From: Dehalococcoidia bacterium
GTDB taxonomy: Bacteria > Chloroflexota > Dehalococcoidia > SZUA-161 > JAUWZY01
NCBI GenBank assembly: GCA_034414595.1
Contig: DAOULY010000004.1
Coordinates: 21,156-85,155 of the forward strand
Direction: 5' to 3'
Length of the DNA: 64,000 bases
Part shown: positions 37,418 to 47,100 of the stretch, piece by piece
How positions within the stretch are numbered: the stretch's first letter is position 1
How the letters are laid out: every line of letters begins with the position of its first letter
The notes under the pieces: model-generated
The model's input: the letters and a program-made list of their open reading frames with translations, nothing else
What the model was told of the DNA's origin: nothing
Databases searched by the model: none
Made by a program: the position numbers and the translations under genes

Positions 37418-38458
37418 ATGAAAGGCAGACAAGGCATATTGGTAGTAGAGGACGAGACCATCATGAGGGAGTCGCTGAAGGACTGGCTGCAGGAAGGCGG
37501 CTATCAGGTGGCCACGGCTGAGGATGGGGAGCAGGCGCTACAGATGGCCCAGGAGCAGGAGTTCGGGGTTGCTGTTCTGGACCTGAGATTGCCAGGTAAG
37601 GATGGAATCGAGGTGCTGAGGGAGGTCAAGGAACGCCAGCCTCAGCTCAAAGGGATCATCATCACCGCCTACCCTTCGGTGGAAACAGCGGTGGAGGCGA
37701 TCAAGGTTGGTGCGGTGGACTATCTGACCAAGCCCTTTGCTCCGGACGAGCTGGAGAAGCTGATCGAGCAAGTGCTGGGGCCGGTGCAGCTGGAGATAAG
37801 ACCAGAAGCACACGTAGAGATCGTAGAAGAGGCTGTCGAGGAGGCCGAGGTCGAGGAGATCATAGCCATAACTGAGGAGGAGTTCCCAGTCCATCTCCAG
37901 CTGGGTAAGGAGCACTTTGCAGCCGGTCAGTTGCAAGAGGCACTGAAAGAATTTCAGGCTGTGCTCAAGGTCGCTCCAGGCAACATCGAGACCCGAGTCT
38001 GGATTGGGAAAACGACCAAGGCCATAGCCGAGCAAGGGACCGAGGCGGGAGCTGGAGGAGAGGCTATAGCTGCCGAGGCAAAACCCAACTACTGCGTATG
38101 GATGGCGATGGGTATGGTCTCCTATCGCGTCTGCACCAACAGCTACAACTGTGTCACCTGCGAATTTGACCAGACGATGCAGGAGAAATTGGCCAGCGGT
38201 GGGGGTACAGAGCTTGACGAGGTGCTGGAGAGATTCAAGAGACTACCCGGCTATCAAAGGCTCTGCCGCTATGCTCTGAAGGGTGACGTTACCCACAGGC
38301 TTTGCACTCGCCTTTTCCAGTGCGCCACCTGTGAGTTTGGTCAGATGATGGATGACGCCCTTCAGCTACAGCTTGCGCAAAGGCAGGCTGAGATAGCCGC
38401 CCGGCAGGAGGCTATAGGCAAGAAGGGGCAGAGTTGGTGGTGGCGCTATTGGGGCTGA
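37418..38458 (+). CDS. receiver domain protein with TPR-like linker and duplicated C-x12-C-x5-C-x2-CEF[DG]Q motif
   Basis: Start at the ATG after aaggagg. REC: ILVVEDE...[11 protein letters not shown]...IIITAY...KPF. Acidic linker, then HLQLGKEHFAAGQLQEALKEFQAVLKVAPGN (TPR-like). Then CVWMAMGMVSYRVCTNSYNCVTCEFDQ and CRYALKGDVTHRLCTRLFQCATCEFGQ. Confidence 0.85.
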   Translation: MKGRQGILVVEDETIMRESLKDWLQEGGYQVATAEDGEQALQMAQEQEFGVAVLDLRLPGKDGIEVLREVKERQPQLKGIIITAYPSVETAVEAIKVGAVDYLTKPFAPDELEKLIEQVLGPVQLEIRPEAHVEIVEEAVEEAEVEEIIAITEEEFPVHLQLGKEHFAAGQLQEALKEFQAVLKVAPGNIETRVWIGKTTKAIAEQGTEAGAGGEAIAAEAKPNYCVWMAMGMVSYRVCTNSYNCVTCEFDQTMQEKLASGGGTELDEVLERFKRLPGYQRLCRYALKGDVTHRLCTRLFQCATCEFGQMMDDALQLQLAQRQAEIAARQEAIGKKGQSWWWRYWG

Positions 38459-38487
38459 CTGCGGGACAGACCGTCGGAACCGTGGAA

Positions 38488-38521
38488 ACGGACCTACCCC
38501 TGAGCTCAGGGGTAGGTCCGT
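38488..38521. terminator. bidirectional terminator hairpin between convergent genes
   Basis: acggacctacccctgagctcaggggtaggtccgt, a perfect 17-bp-arm palindrome between the 38458 (+) and 38550 (-) gene ends. Confidence 0.8.
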
Positions 38522-38549
38522 TAGTTTCCGTAAATAGGAGGACTGAGGT

Positions 38550-39179
38550 CTATTCGGAGTTAAGCGCCTGCACTATGTCATAGTAGGATGCGAGTGCGCC
38601 GGTGGGGCAGAGTGGGTGACACTCTTTGCACTTAGGGCATTCCTCACGAGCTGTTTCCGGGAAGAACACCACCTCACGCTCTGTCCCACGGCCAATAAAG
38701 CCGATGGCGTGCTTCTGCTTCACCTCTGCACAGTAACGCACGCATAGACCGCAAAGAATGCAGAAGGTTGGCTCCGTGTCAAACTTCGTTGTTTTTATGT
38801 TGTACGGTATCCCGTACTCCCTTATTGCCTGGACCTCAGTTATGCCATATCGTATTCCGTAATCTCTTATTGCTTTGACTCCGGGAGCACGGGCCCAGGC
38901 CAGCTGTAATAGCATCTTGCGGATCTTGACCACCGGGGCAGATTCCGTCTCCACTGTAAGGCCTTCTTCAACAGGATAGACACACGAGGCAACCAAACGC
39001 GACCGTCGCCCGTTAGTTATCTCCACAGTGCACAGTCGGCAGGCACCATATGGGGCCAGTTTCTCATGATGGCAAAGGGTAGGGATGTCAACTCCCACAT
39101 TTCGAGCCGCTTCAAGGAGAGTCATCCCCTCCTCGGCTGTCACCTTCTTGCCGTCGATAGTCAAGTTGACTTCACTCAT
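38550..39179 (-). CDS. HoxU/NuoG-N-terminal-like [2Fe-2S]+[4Fe-4S] ferredoxin subunit
   Basis: LTIDGKKVTAEEGMTLLEAARNVGVDIPTLCHH...GACRLCTVEI ([2Fe-2S] fold), CILCGLCVRYC and CPKCKECHPLCP. Start overlaps the nuoF-like stop (ATGA-type coupling). Confidence 0.85.
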   Translation of the reverse strand: MSEVNLTIDGKKVTAEEGMTLLEAARNVGVDIPTLCHHEKLAPYGACRLCTVEITNGRRSRLVASCVYPVEEGLTVETESAPVVKIRKMLLQLAWARAPGVKAIRDYGIRYGITEVQAIREYGIPYNIKTTKFDTEPTFCILCGLCVRYCAEVKQKHAIGFIGRGTEREVVFFPETAREECPKCKECHPLCPTGALASYYDIVQALNSE

Positions 39180-41104
39180 TTTTCCCCGCCTCCTTTGCGT
39201 ATTACAGCTGTCCCTACTGCAACGGGTTCAGGCACTTTCACACCTGAGAGTTTAGTGACGGCACCAAAACGTGTTGGGCAAACCTCGAGACAAGTTCCAC
39301 ATTTGGTGCACTTCTCTTGATCTATGACATGGATAACGTTCTTGTCCCCCTCAATGGCTCCGACGGGGCAGTTCCTTAAGCAGATCATACAAGCCTGACA
39401 TTTTTCCGGTTCTATGTAGTAGGAAATCAACGCCTTGCATACCCCAGCCGGACAGCGCTTCTCTTTAATATGTGCAATATACTCATCCCGGAAGTAGCTA
39501 ATTGTACTGAGGACCGGGTTAGGAGCTGTCTGACCCAGAGCGCAGAGGGAAACAGCCTTAACCACCTCCGATATCTCCTCCAGTAACTCGATGTCCCCTT
39601 CCCTGCCCTCTCCGTCACAAATTCTATTGAGTATCTTGAGCATCTGCCATATGCCCTCACGGCAGGGAAGACACTTGCCACAGGACTCGCTCTTGAGGAA
39701 GTCAAGGAAGTATCTTGCCGTATCTACCATGCAAGTTTCCTCATCCATGACGATCATGCCGCCCGAGCCCATCATCGAGCCGAGCTTGCCGAGCTCATCG
39801 AAGTCTACCGGCGCGTCGAGGTATTGCTCTGGAATCACTCCGCCGGAAGGGCCACCTGTTTGAACAGCTTTGAACCTCTCGCCTCCTCTAATTCCCCCGC
39901 CGATTTTGTACACGATATCCCGCACAGTAGCACCCATGGGCACTTCTACCAGGCCGGTGTTGTTCACCTTGCCTACCAGGGAGAATATCTTTGTCCCCTT
40001 GCTCCCTTCGGTGCCAATGGACCGGAACCAGTCAGCACCTTGGTTGATAATAAGCGGCACATTGGCCCAGGTCTCCACGTTATTGAGGTTTGAGGGATTG
40101 TCCCAAATTCCCTTGACCGCAGTGCGGATGTACTTCGGTCTGGGCTCGCCCACTTTCCCTTCTATCGCAGTCATCAGGGCGCTCGATTCGCCGGAGACAA
40201 AGGCCCCGGCCCCTCGATGGATGGTGACGTGAAAGTCGAATCCGGAGCTGAGGATATCTTCACCCAGGAGCCCGTACTCCTCTGCCTGTTTTATGGCGGT
40301 CTCCAGGTTTTCCACCGCCAGGGGGTATTCCTGTCGCACATAGACAAAGCCTTCAGTCGACCCGATGGCATAAGCCCCGATGATCAAGCCCTCCAGCACG
40401 CTATGAGGGTTTCCTTCCATCAGGCTCCGGTCCATGTAAGCGCCAGGGTCGCCTTCATCGCAGTTGACGATGACAAATTTTGGCTCTCCTGGGGCATCGC
40501 GGCAGGTCTTCCATTTCCTGCCGGCGGGGAATCCCCCACCACCTCTACCCCGCAGGTTTGCTTTATCCACCTCGGTCAGGACCTGCTCCGGGGTCATCTG
40601 AAACAGAGCCTTGGCCAGCGCGGAGTATCCCCCCAGAGCGATGTAGTCCTCGATGCTCTTGGGGTCGAGTTTAGTGTTGTTGGCAAGTACAATTCGCTGC
40701 TGGTGTCGATAAAAAGGTATTTCATGTTCATGGACTATCTTCTTTCCTGTGACGGGGTCATCATAGAGCAACCTCTCAACGAGCTCTCCTTTTGCTGTAC
40801 TGGCTACTATCTCCGGTACGTCCTCCCGCTGTGCGTTGCAATAGCAAATCCCCTCTGGGAAAATAACAACAAGGGGTCCCCTCTCACAGAAACCGTGGCA
40901 ACCAGTCCTCCTGAAATCTATCTTTTGCTCTAAACCATTTTTCCTGAGTTCCTCGACAAAAGCAGTGACAACTTCCTCGCTTCCGTAAGCGTGGCAGCCG
41001 GTACCGGAACAGATAGTGATACAAAGTTTTTTGGGGTCCCTCTGGGCCAGGATTTCTTTCCTGAATTCTTCCAGTTCTGTTGCTGATAACAGCCTGTTGG
41101 CCAT
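39176..41104 (-). CDS. NuoF-like NAD(H)/FMN subunit, bifurcating-type (HydB/HndC/Bfu-like) with extra N-terminal [2Fe-2S] and C-terminal 2x[4Fe-4S]
   Basis: 642 aa. CSGTGCHAYGS...CHGFCERGP N-terminal domain. GRGGGGFPAGRKW, CDEGDPGA, ESCGKCLPCREG (N3 cluster). C-terminal CQACMICLRNCP and CTKCGTCLEVCP. Confidence 0.9.
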   Translation of the reverse strand: MANRLLSATELEEFRKEILAQRDPKKLCITICSGTGCHAYGSEEVVTAFVEELRKNGLEQKIDFRRTGCHGFCERGPLVVIFPEGICYCNAQREDVPEIVASTAKGELVERLLYDDPVTGKKIVHEHEIPFYRHQQRIVLANNTKLDPKSIEDYIALGGYSALAKALFQMTPEQVLTEVDKANLRGRGGGGFPAGRKWKTCRDAPGEPKFVIVNCDEGDPGAYMDRSLMEGNPHSVLEGLIIGAYAIGSTEGFVYVRQEYPLAVENLETAIKQAEEYGLLGEDILSSGFDFHVTIHRGAGAFVSGESSALMTAIEGKVGEPRPKYIRTAVKGIWDNPSNLNNVETWANVPLIINQGADWFRSIGTEGSKGTKIFSLVGKVNNTGLVEVPMGATVRDIVYKIGGGIRGGERFKAVQTGGPSGGVIPEQYLDAPVDFDELGKLGSMMGSGGMIVMDEETCMVDTARYFLDFLKSESCGKCLPCREGIWQMLKILNRICDGEGREGDIELLEEISEVVKAVSLCALGQTAPNPVLSTISYFRDEYIAHIKEKRCPAGVCKALISYYIEPEKCQACMICLRNCPVGAIEGDKNVIHVIDQEKCTKCGTCLEVCPTRFGAVTKLSGVKVPEPVAVGTAVIRKGGGEK

Positions 41105-41112
41105 ATCCCCTC

Positions 41113-41574
41113 CTACTCATAGCTTTGGAGAATCTCTTCCACTTTGGAAAATGGCAGTTTGCCATGATACTTGCCATCTACCACCATCACTGGTCCCAGA
41201 GCACAGCAGCCGAGGCAGTTAACCGCTTCCAGGCTGAACTTCAGGTCCGGCGTTGTCTCACCGGGCGCAATGTCGAGAATTTGCTGGGCTCGCTCCAAGA
41301 TGCGCCGCGAGCCCCGAACGTGGCAGGCGGTGCCCATGCAAACAACGACCTCATGACGCCCTTTGGGAACCAGGCTGAAAGCTTTATAGAAGGTAGCTAT
41401 ATGGTATATCTGAGGTAAGGGGACACCGAGCTTCTCGCTGACCGATATCAGAGCCTCTCTGGGCAACCAGCGGTGTTCACGCTGAATATCGAGAAGAATC
41501 TGAATCAGGGCACTTTTATTATGACTTCCGTACTTGCCAACGATTTCATCTACTTCGATAGGTGCCTGAACCAT
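41113..41574 (-). CDS. NuoE/HoxE/HydC-like thioredoxin-fold [2Fe-2S] subunit
   Basis: 153 aa. ALIQILLDIQREHRWLP, VCMGTACHVRG, CLGCCALGPVMVVDG. Confidence 0.9.
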   Translation of the reverse strand: MVQAPIEVDEIVGKYGSHNKSALIQILLDIQREHRWLPREALISVSEKLGVPLPQIYHIATFYKAFSLVPKGRHEVVVCMGTACHVRGSRRILERAQQILDIAPGETTPDLKFSLEAVNCLGCCALGPVMVVDGKYHGKLPFSKVEEILQSYE

Positions 41575-41906
41575 TTGCTCATCACCTCCTCTACGGGTAG
41601 CTTATCATGCGCACCTATAGCCCACATCGGCTGACGGGCCTATATTTGGCTTGGATTAGGTAAGCACTTTGGCCTAAAGGGTTCTTTATTACAAGTGTCC
41701 CGCTATGCCTAAGTGCTTGGCTGAAGCTTTGGGAGAGTTAGCCCACTCTCCCAGGTTGTCGCCCCGCACACCCGCACAATTGCTTAGAAGTTGGCAAATC
41801 TTTCTAGGCCTTTTCTTCGCCCAAAGATAAGTCGGCCAGCCGATGCGGCCTGTGATGCGCAGCTGTTAGGCTATGGCTGGAAAGAGGAGAGGGGAGCAAA
41901 AGAGAG

Positions 41907-42122
41907 ATGGAAGGAACGGTAAATACTCTAAAGACAGTCCTCGACATCACTATTAGGTTTGGCCTTCCGGTAATAATGTTGTTCCTGGTGGGCTGTCTCC
42001 TCCAGCGGACTGAGTTGCTGGTGCGAGCTGTCTCTCGCCTGCTTGGGGAGCACGAAGATAATGGCGCGGAAGCGTTTGCCGCCAGTGAAGACTGGCGCGC
42101 GGAAGAAAAAGAGAGGGGGTGA
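41907..42122 (+). CDS. small single-pass membrane protein (uncertain)
   Basis: 71-aa ORF with one hydrophobic helix (FGLPVIMLFLVGCLL). Purine-rich tract before the ATG. Confidence 0.3.
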   Translation: MEGTVNTLKTVLDITIRFGLPVIMLFLVGCLLQRTELLVRAVSRLLGEHEDNGAEAFAASEDWRAEEKERG

Positions 42123-42128
42123 AGAGCG

Positions 42129-42365
42129 ATGGAAGCATTCTTGACGATTATGTTGGTGCTGGGCATCTACATTGTGGCACCTGCTCTGATCGGGCTTGCG
42201 ATCGTTGGTGTCGCAATTCTGTCAGCGCGCAGGGCTAGGGCTCGCACGGCAGCACGAGCTAGGGCCGAGCTTGCGGCCGAGCTCACAGCCAAGCCGGAAG
42301 CTGAGCTTGGGCAAGAGGCACCGGTGCATGTGGTGGTAGGCGGAAGGCGTGAAAGGCGTGGTTAG
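42129..42365 (+). CDS. small single-pass membrane protein, paralog of the HdrC N-terminal helix
   Basis: IMLVLGIYIVAPALIGLAIVGVAIL versus ILLVLGIFIVAPALIGFGIVGVVVL at the N-terminus of 42530-43309, followed by an Arg/Ala-rich tail. Confidence 0.45.
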   Translation: MEAFLTIMLVLGIYIVAPALIGLAIVGVAILSARRARARTAARARAELAAELTAKPEAELGQEAPVHVVVGGRRERRG

Positions 42366-42401
42366 TGTGTAACAGTCTGGCTTGTATCCGTCGGGGACGG
42401 T

Positions 42402-42439
42402 GAGAAAGTTGGCGCCGGCTGAGAAAGCTGGCGCCAGCG
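42402..42439 (+). repeat. tandem 19-bp direct repeat upstream of hdrC
   Basis: gagaaagttggcgccggct followed by gagaaagctggcgccagcg. Each contains the GGCGCC palindrome. Lies 90 nt upstream of the hdrC ATG. Confidence 0.7.
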
Positions 42440-42529
42440 GTGAACAAAACTTGAGGAGAACAATAGCGGAGATATCAGGTCAGGGGTTAGAGGGGGAGGG
42501 TTAATAAGACGAAGGCAAAGAGGTGAGTC

Positions 42530-43309
42530 ATGACAGTAATATGGGCCATACTTCTGGTGCTGGGCATCTTCATCGTCGCCCCAGCGTTGATTGGCTTTGG
42601 GATAGTCGGAGTTGTGGTCTTGCGCCGCCGGGTTCACATGGCTCGGGCTCAGGCGCAGTTTACCCGGGCAGCAGCTACCTATAGAGACGGCATTAATTTT
42701 GTGGATGAAGTCTGCGCTGTCCCTGGTGGCGAAGGCGTCCGCACTTGCATCCAGTGCGGCATCTGCTCAGGCTCCTGTCCCAATGCAAATGTGATGGACT
42801 ATACACCACGGAAGATCATTGCTCTGGTGCGCGCCGGGGCGCGGAAGGAGGTACTGTCGAGCAACTCGATGTGGTACTGTCTTTCCTGCTACCTTTGCAC
42901 GGCGCGCTGCCCGCGGGGCATTAAACCAACAGATGTCATGTATGCCCTGAAGCAAACTGCTATCCAGCACGGTTTCAAGTATGGGCCAACTGATGCCCCT
43001 ATTATGTACCGAACCTTTGTTGATGCTATCAGCGGCAACGGGCGCGTCCACGAGTTTGGGATGATGAGAAACTTCTACTTGCGGACCAACCTGTTCAAAG
43101 CGATAGGAATGCTTCCGGTAGGCTTGGGCTTGCTCCGACACGGGCGCATGCCTTTTAGAAGTGAAAAGATGAAGGGGGCAGCTCAGGTTCGGACCATAAT
43201 CGAAAAGGCTCGGATGCTGGAGACTGCCCCGCCCAAGATGGTTGAAAAAAACGAGACTGTGGAAGAAGCTCAGCCGATCTTAACGCATACCACGGAGGTG
43301 AGGAAGTGA
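42530..43309 (+). CDS. hdrC: heterodisulfide reductase subunit C with N-terminal transmembrane helix
   Basis: CIQCGICSGSCP and CLSCYLCTARCP (HdrC 2x[4Fe-4S]), preceded by a 25-residue hydrophobic helix. Stop overlaps the hdrB GTG start. Confidence 0.88.
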   Translation: MTVIWAILLVLGIFIVAPALIGFGIVGVVVLRRRVHMARAQAQFTRAAATYRDGINFVDEVCAVPGGEGVRTCIQCGICSGSCPNANVMDYTPRKIIALVRAGARKEVLSSNSMWYCLSCYLCTARCPRGIKPTDVMYALKQTAIQHGFKYGPTDAPIMYRTFVDAISGNGRVHEFGMMRNFYLRTNLFKAIGMLPVGLGLLRHGRMPFRSEKMKGAAQVRTIIEKARMLETAPPKMVEKNETVEEAQPILTHTTEVRK

Positions 43310-44184
43310 GATATTACGCCTACTTTCCCGGTTGTTCGCTTGAAGGTACGGCAATACCCTACAAGCTGTCCATTCAGGCGGTGAGCAAAGCTTTGGGGGT
43401 CGAGCTGGTTGAACTCGAGGACTGGAATTGCTGCGGAGCTTCGGCCTATAGCTCGGTGGACGAACTGGTATCCACATGCGTCTCAGCCCGCAACTTGGCC
43501 CTGGCGGAGAAAACCGGGCTTGATCTGGTAACTGCCTGCAGTGCTTGCTATACCACCTTGAATAAGGTGAATTCTGCGCTGAAGCAATACCCACAGCTAA
43601 AGGCCAGCGTGGGTGAGGTGCTATCCGCAGTTGGTCTAGAGTACAGAGGGACTGCCAGAATAAGGCATCTGGCCCGGGTTCTGCTGGAGGATATCGGTTG
43701 CGAGGCTATTGCCAGTGAGGTACGGCAGCCACTTGAGGGGCTAAGGGTAGCGCCTTACTACGGGTGCCAGCTCGTCCGGCCCCACCCTAGTCTAGACAGC
43801 GCTGAATTTCCTGACTCCTTGGATCGCCTTATGGAGTCTCTCGGTGCTGAGGTGACTGTTTTCCCGCTCAGGGCTCGCTGCTGCGGCGCATCCCTGATTA
43901 TCTCCCAGCCGGAAGTGGCTCTGGGCCTGATCCGTAAACTCCTTGATAACGCTGTGGAGAATGACGCTCAGTGCTTGGTGACCGTTTGTCCGCTGTGCCA
44001 GACGAACTTAGATGTATACCAGGGCAAGGTTGCCTCCAAATTCCAGGTAAAATATGACATTCCCGTATTCTTCTTTACGCAACTGGTGGGGCTGGCTCTG
44101 GGGCTGGGCTTCAAAGAGCTTGGCATAGATAAGCTGGTCGTGCCAGCTGAGAAGTTGCTGACTCAGCATAAGGTTAGAGTTTAG
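43306..44184 (+). CDS. hdrB: heterodisulfide reductase subunit B
   Basis: Two CCG domains: YFPGCSLEG...NCCGAS and YYGCQLVRP...RCCGASL. Confidence 0.92.
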   Translation: MRYYAYFPGCSLEGTAIPYKLSIQAVSKALGVELVELEDWNCCGASAYSSVDELVSTCVSARNLALAEKTGLDLVTACSACYTTLNKVNSALKQYPQLKASVGEVLSAVGLEYRGTARIRHLARVLLEDIGCEAIASEVRQPLEGLRVAPYYGCQLVRPHPSLDSAEFPDSLDRLMESLGAEVTVFPLRARCCGASLIISQPEVALGLIRKLLDNAVENDAQCLVTVCPLCQTNLDVYQGKVASKFQVKYDIPVFFFTQLVGLALGLGFKELGIDKLVVPAEKLLTQHKVRV

Positions 44185-44192
44185 GAGGCCAG

Positions 44193-47100
44193 ATGGAGAC
44201 GAACGGACGGAGAATAGGCGTCTATGTTTGCTACTGCGGGTCGAACATTGCGGGCATGGTTGATGTGGAAGAAGTGGCCGAATTTGCTCAAGATATCCCT
44301 GGGGTGGTGGTATCCCGAGCGTACAAATACATGTGTTCCGAACCGGGTCAGGAACTCATCAAGAAGGACATCCGAGAACTCGGAGTCGACCGGGTAGTAG
44401 AGGCCTCCTGTTCACCCCGGATGCATGAGCCCACCTTTCGGCGTGCCCTACAGGACGCGGGACTGAATCCCTATCTGCTGGAGATGGTCAATCTTCGGGA
44501 GCACTGTAGCTGGGTTCATGAGGATAGGCTGGCAGCTACGGAGAAGGCCAAAGCACTGGTCAACGCAGCGGTGAGGAGGGTCTACTACCATGAGCCCCTG
44601 GAAACTAAGGAGGCACCGGTTAATCCCAACACCTTGGTGGTGGGGGGAGGGATTGCGGGGATTCAGGCGGCTCTGGAGATCGCCAACGGGGGTTACAAGG
44701 TCTACCTGGTGGAGCGTGAGCCCTCCATCGGTGGTTACATGATCAAGCTCGATAAAACTTTCCCCACGCTCGACTGTTCGGCCTGTATCCTCACTCCCAA
44801 GATGACCGATGTGGGCCAGCACCCGAACGTGGAGCTCATGAGCTACAGCGAAGTGGCAGATGTTTCGGGCTATGTGGGGAATTTCAAGGTCAAGATAAGG
44901 AAGAAAGCAAGGTATGTAGATGAGACCAAGTGTACTGGTTGTGCTGAGTGTTCCAAGGTCTGTCCTGTTGAGGTGAAGAGCGAATTTGAAGAGGGCCTCG
45001 CCAATCGCAAGGCGATCTATATCCCCTTCCCCCAGGCCGTGCCCAATAAAGCGGTCGTAGACAAGCATGGTTACCCACCCTGCCGGGCGGCCTGTCCCGC
45101 CGGCGTCAATGCTCAGGGTTATATCGCCCTTATCTCACAGGGCAAGTTCAGAGAAGCTGTTGATGTGGTGAGGCGGACCATGCCTTTTCCTGGGATATGC
45201 GGGCGGGTTTGCACCCACCCCTGCGAAATCGATTGTGAACGGGGGAAGATCGATGAGCCTGTTTCGATCAGGAGCTTAAAGCGCTTTATAGCTGATTATG
45301 AGCTGAAGGTGGGTAGGGAGAAGGCCACTCCGGTCAAGCTGAGTAAAGAGGAAAAAGTGGCTGTCATTGGCTCTGGGCCGGCGGGCTTGGCTTGCGCTTA
45401 TGATCTGGTCGGGATGGGCTATCCGGTGACCGTGTTTGAGGCCATGCCCGAGCCTGGAGGCCTGTTGCGTTATGGAATTCCGGAATATCGTCTACCTAAG
45501 AAGGTGCTGAATAATGAGATAGACTACATCAGAGAATTGGGTGTGGAGATCAAGACCATGACCCCGGTGAGGGATTTGTCTCAGCTCTTTAAGCAGGGCT
45601 ACAAGGCCGTTTTCTTGGGAACCGGGGCAAGTGTGAGCCGGAAGATGGGCATTCCAGGCGAGGAGGTTGCGGGGGTGCTCCATGCCCTGTCGTTCCTGAA
45701 GCAATCCCACTCCGGGGCCAGGGTAGGCTTGGGGCGGCGGGTGGCAGTGGTCGGTGGTGGCAACGCCGCCGTTGATGCCGCCAGGGTGGCGTTGCGCTTG
45801 GGTGCTGAAGATGTCACCATTGTCTATCGCCGTTCTCGGGCAGAGATGCCTGCTGTTCCCAGCGAGGTCGAGCAGGCCGAACGTGAGGGAGTGAAGATTC
45901 AGTTCCTCACCGTTCCGGTTCAAATTCGGTCCAAGGATGGCATGTTGGTGGGCATGGAATGCATCCGGATGGAGCTTGGCGAGCCCGATGCCAGCGGGCG
46001 CCGCCGGCCGGTTCCGATCAAGGGCTCAGAGTTCACCATCTGGGTGGACAACGTGATCATTGCCACCGGCCAGGCTGTGGATAAAGCTCAGCTCCCATCC
46101 GAGTTGGTGTTCACCGACTGGGGCACGATCTCCGTTGACCCGGTCACGCTGGAGACGAACATCAGCGGGGTGTTTGCTGGTGGGGATGTGGTAGCTGGGC
46201 CGGCGGATGTTATTGCAGCTATTGCCGCAGGGAAGGAAGCCGCTATATCCGTTGATCGTTATCTTAGCGGAGTTGACATGAGCGAAGGGAGACCCAGGGC
46301 TATTAGCAGGGTTGCTGAAGTGGCTAAGGAAGGTGTGGAGGCAAGACCCCGGGCGACTATGCCATTGCTGGAGAGCAAAGGACGGCTTGACTCTTTTGCC
46401 GAGGTTGAACTCGGCTTTGATGAAAAGAGGGCTATCGAGGAGGCCAAGCGCTGTTTGAACTGTGGCGTCTGTTGTGAGTGTCTAGAATGTGTCAAGGCCT
46501 GTGAGGCCCAGGCTATCAATCATGAGATGAAAGGCGATATCATAGAAGTAGAAGTGGGCAACATCATCCTTGCCACCGGGTATCAGCAGTTCGATCCCTC
46601 GGTCATCCCGCAGTACGGATATGGGAGGTATGATAATGTTGTCACTGGCCTTGAATTAGAGCGGATGATCAATGCCTCTGGCCCTACTTCTGGTCAGGTC
46701 TTGCTTAAAAATGGCCGGGAACCTGAGAGCGTCGCCATAATACACTGCGTGGGCAGCCGCGATGAGAACTATCATGAATATTGCTCCAGGGTCTGCTGCA
46801 TGTACGCTCTGAAGTTCTCCCATTTGCTCAAGGAACACATCCATGGTGTCCAAGTATACCAGTTCTACATTGACATGCGTTGCTTTGGCAAGGGTTATGA
46901 GGAATTCTACAACCGCCTTCTGGCGGAAGGGGTGAATTTCGTTCGCGGCAAACCCGGCGAGATCACTGATGTGGCCGAGACGCCAGAGGAGCGAGGCAAA
47001 CTCGTCATACAGGTTGAGGATACCCTCGCCGGACAACAGCGCCGCATACCGGTTGACATGGTTGTCCTCTGCAGTGCTCTGGAGCCACGAAGTGACTCCG

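Noticed and set aside
41608-41624. Possible sigma-54 promoter for the nuoE-like operon (minus strand GGGCTATAGGTGCGCAT, GG-N10-GC).
   Set aside because: Only the GG and GC dinucleotides fit. The -12 element is CGCA rather than TTGCA and the -24 element lacks the flanking T and AC. That is too weak to call by eye, and it needs a PWM scan.
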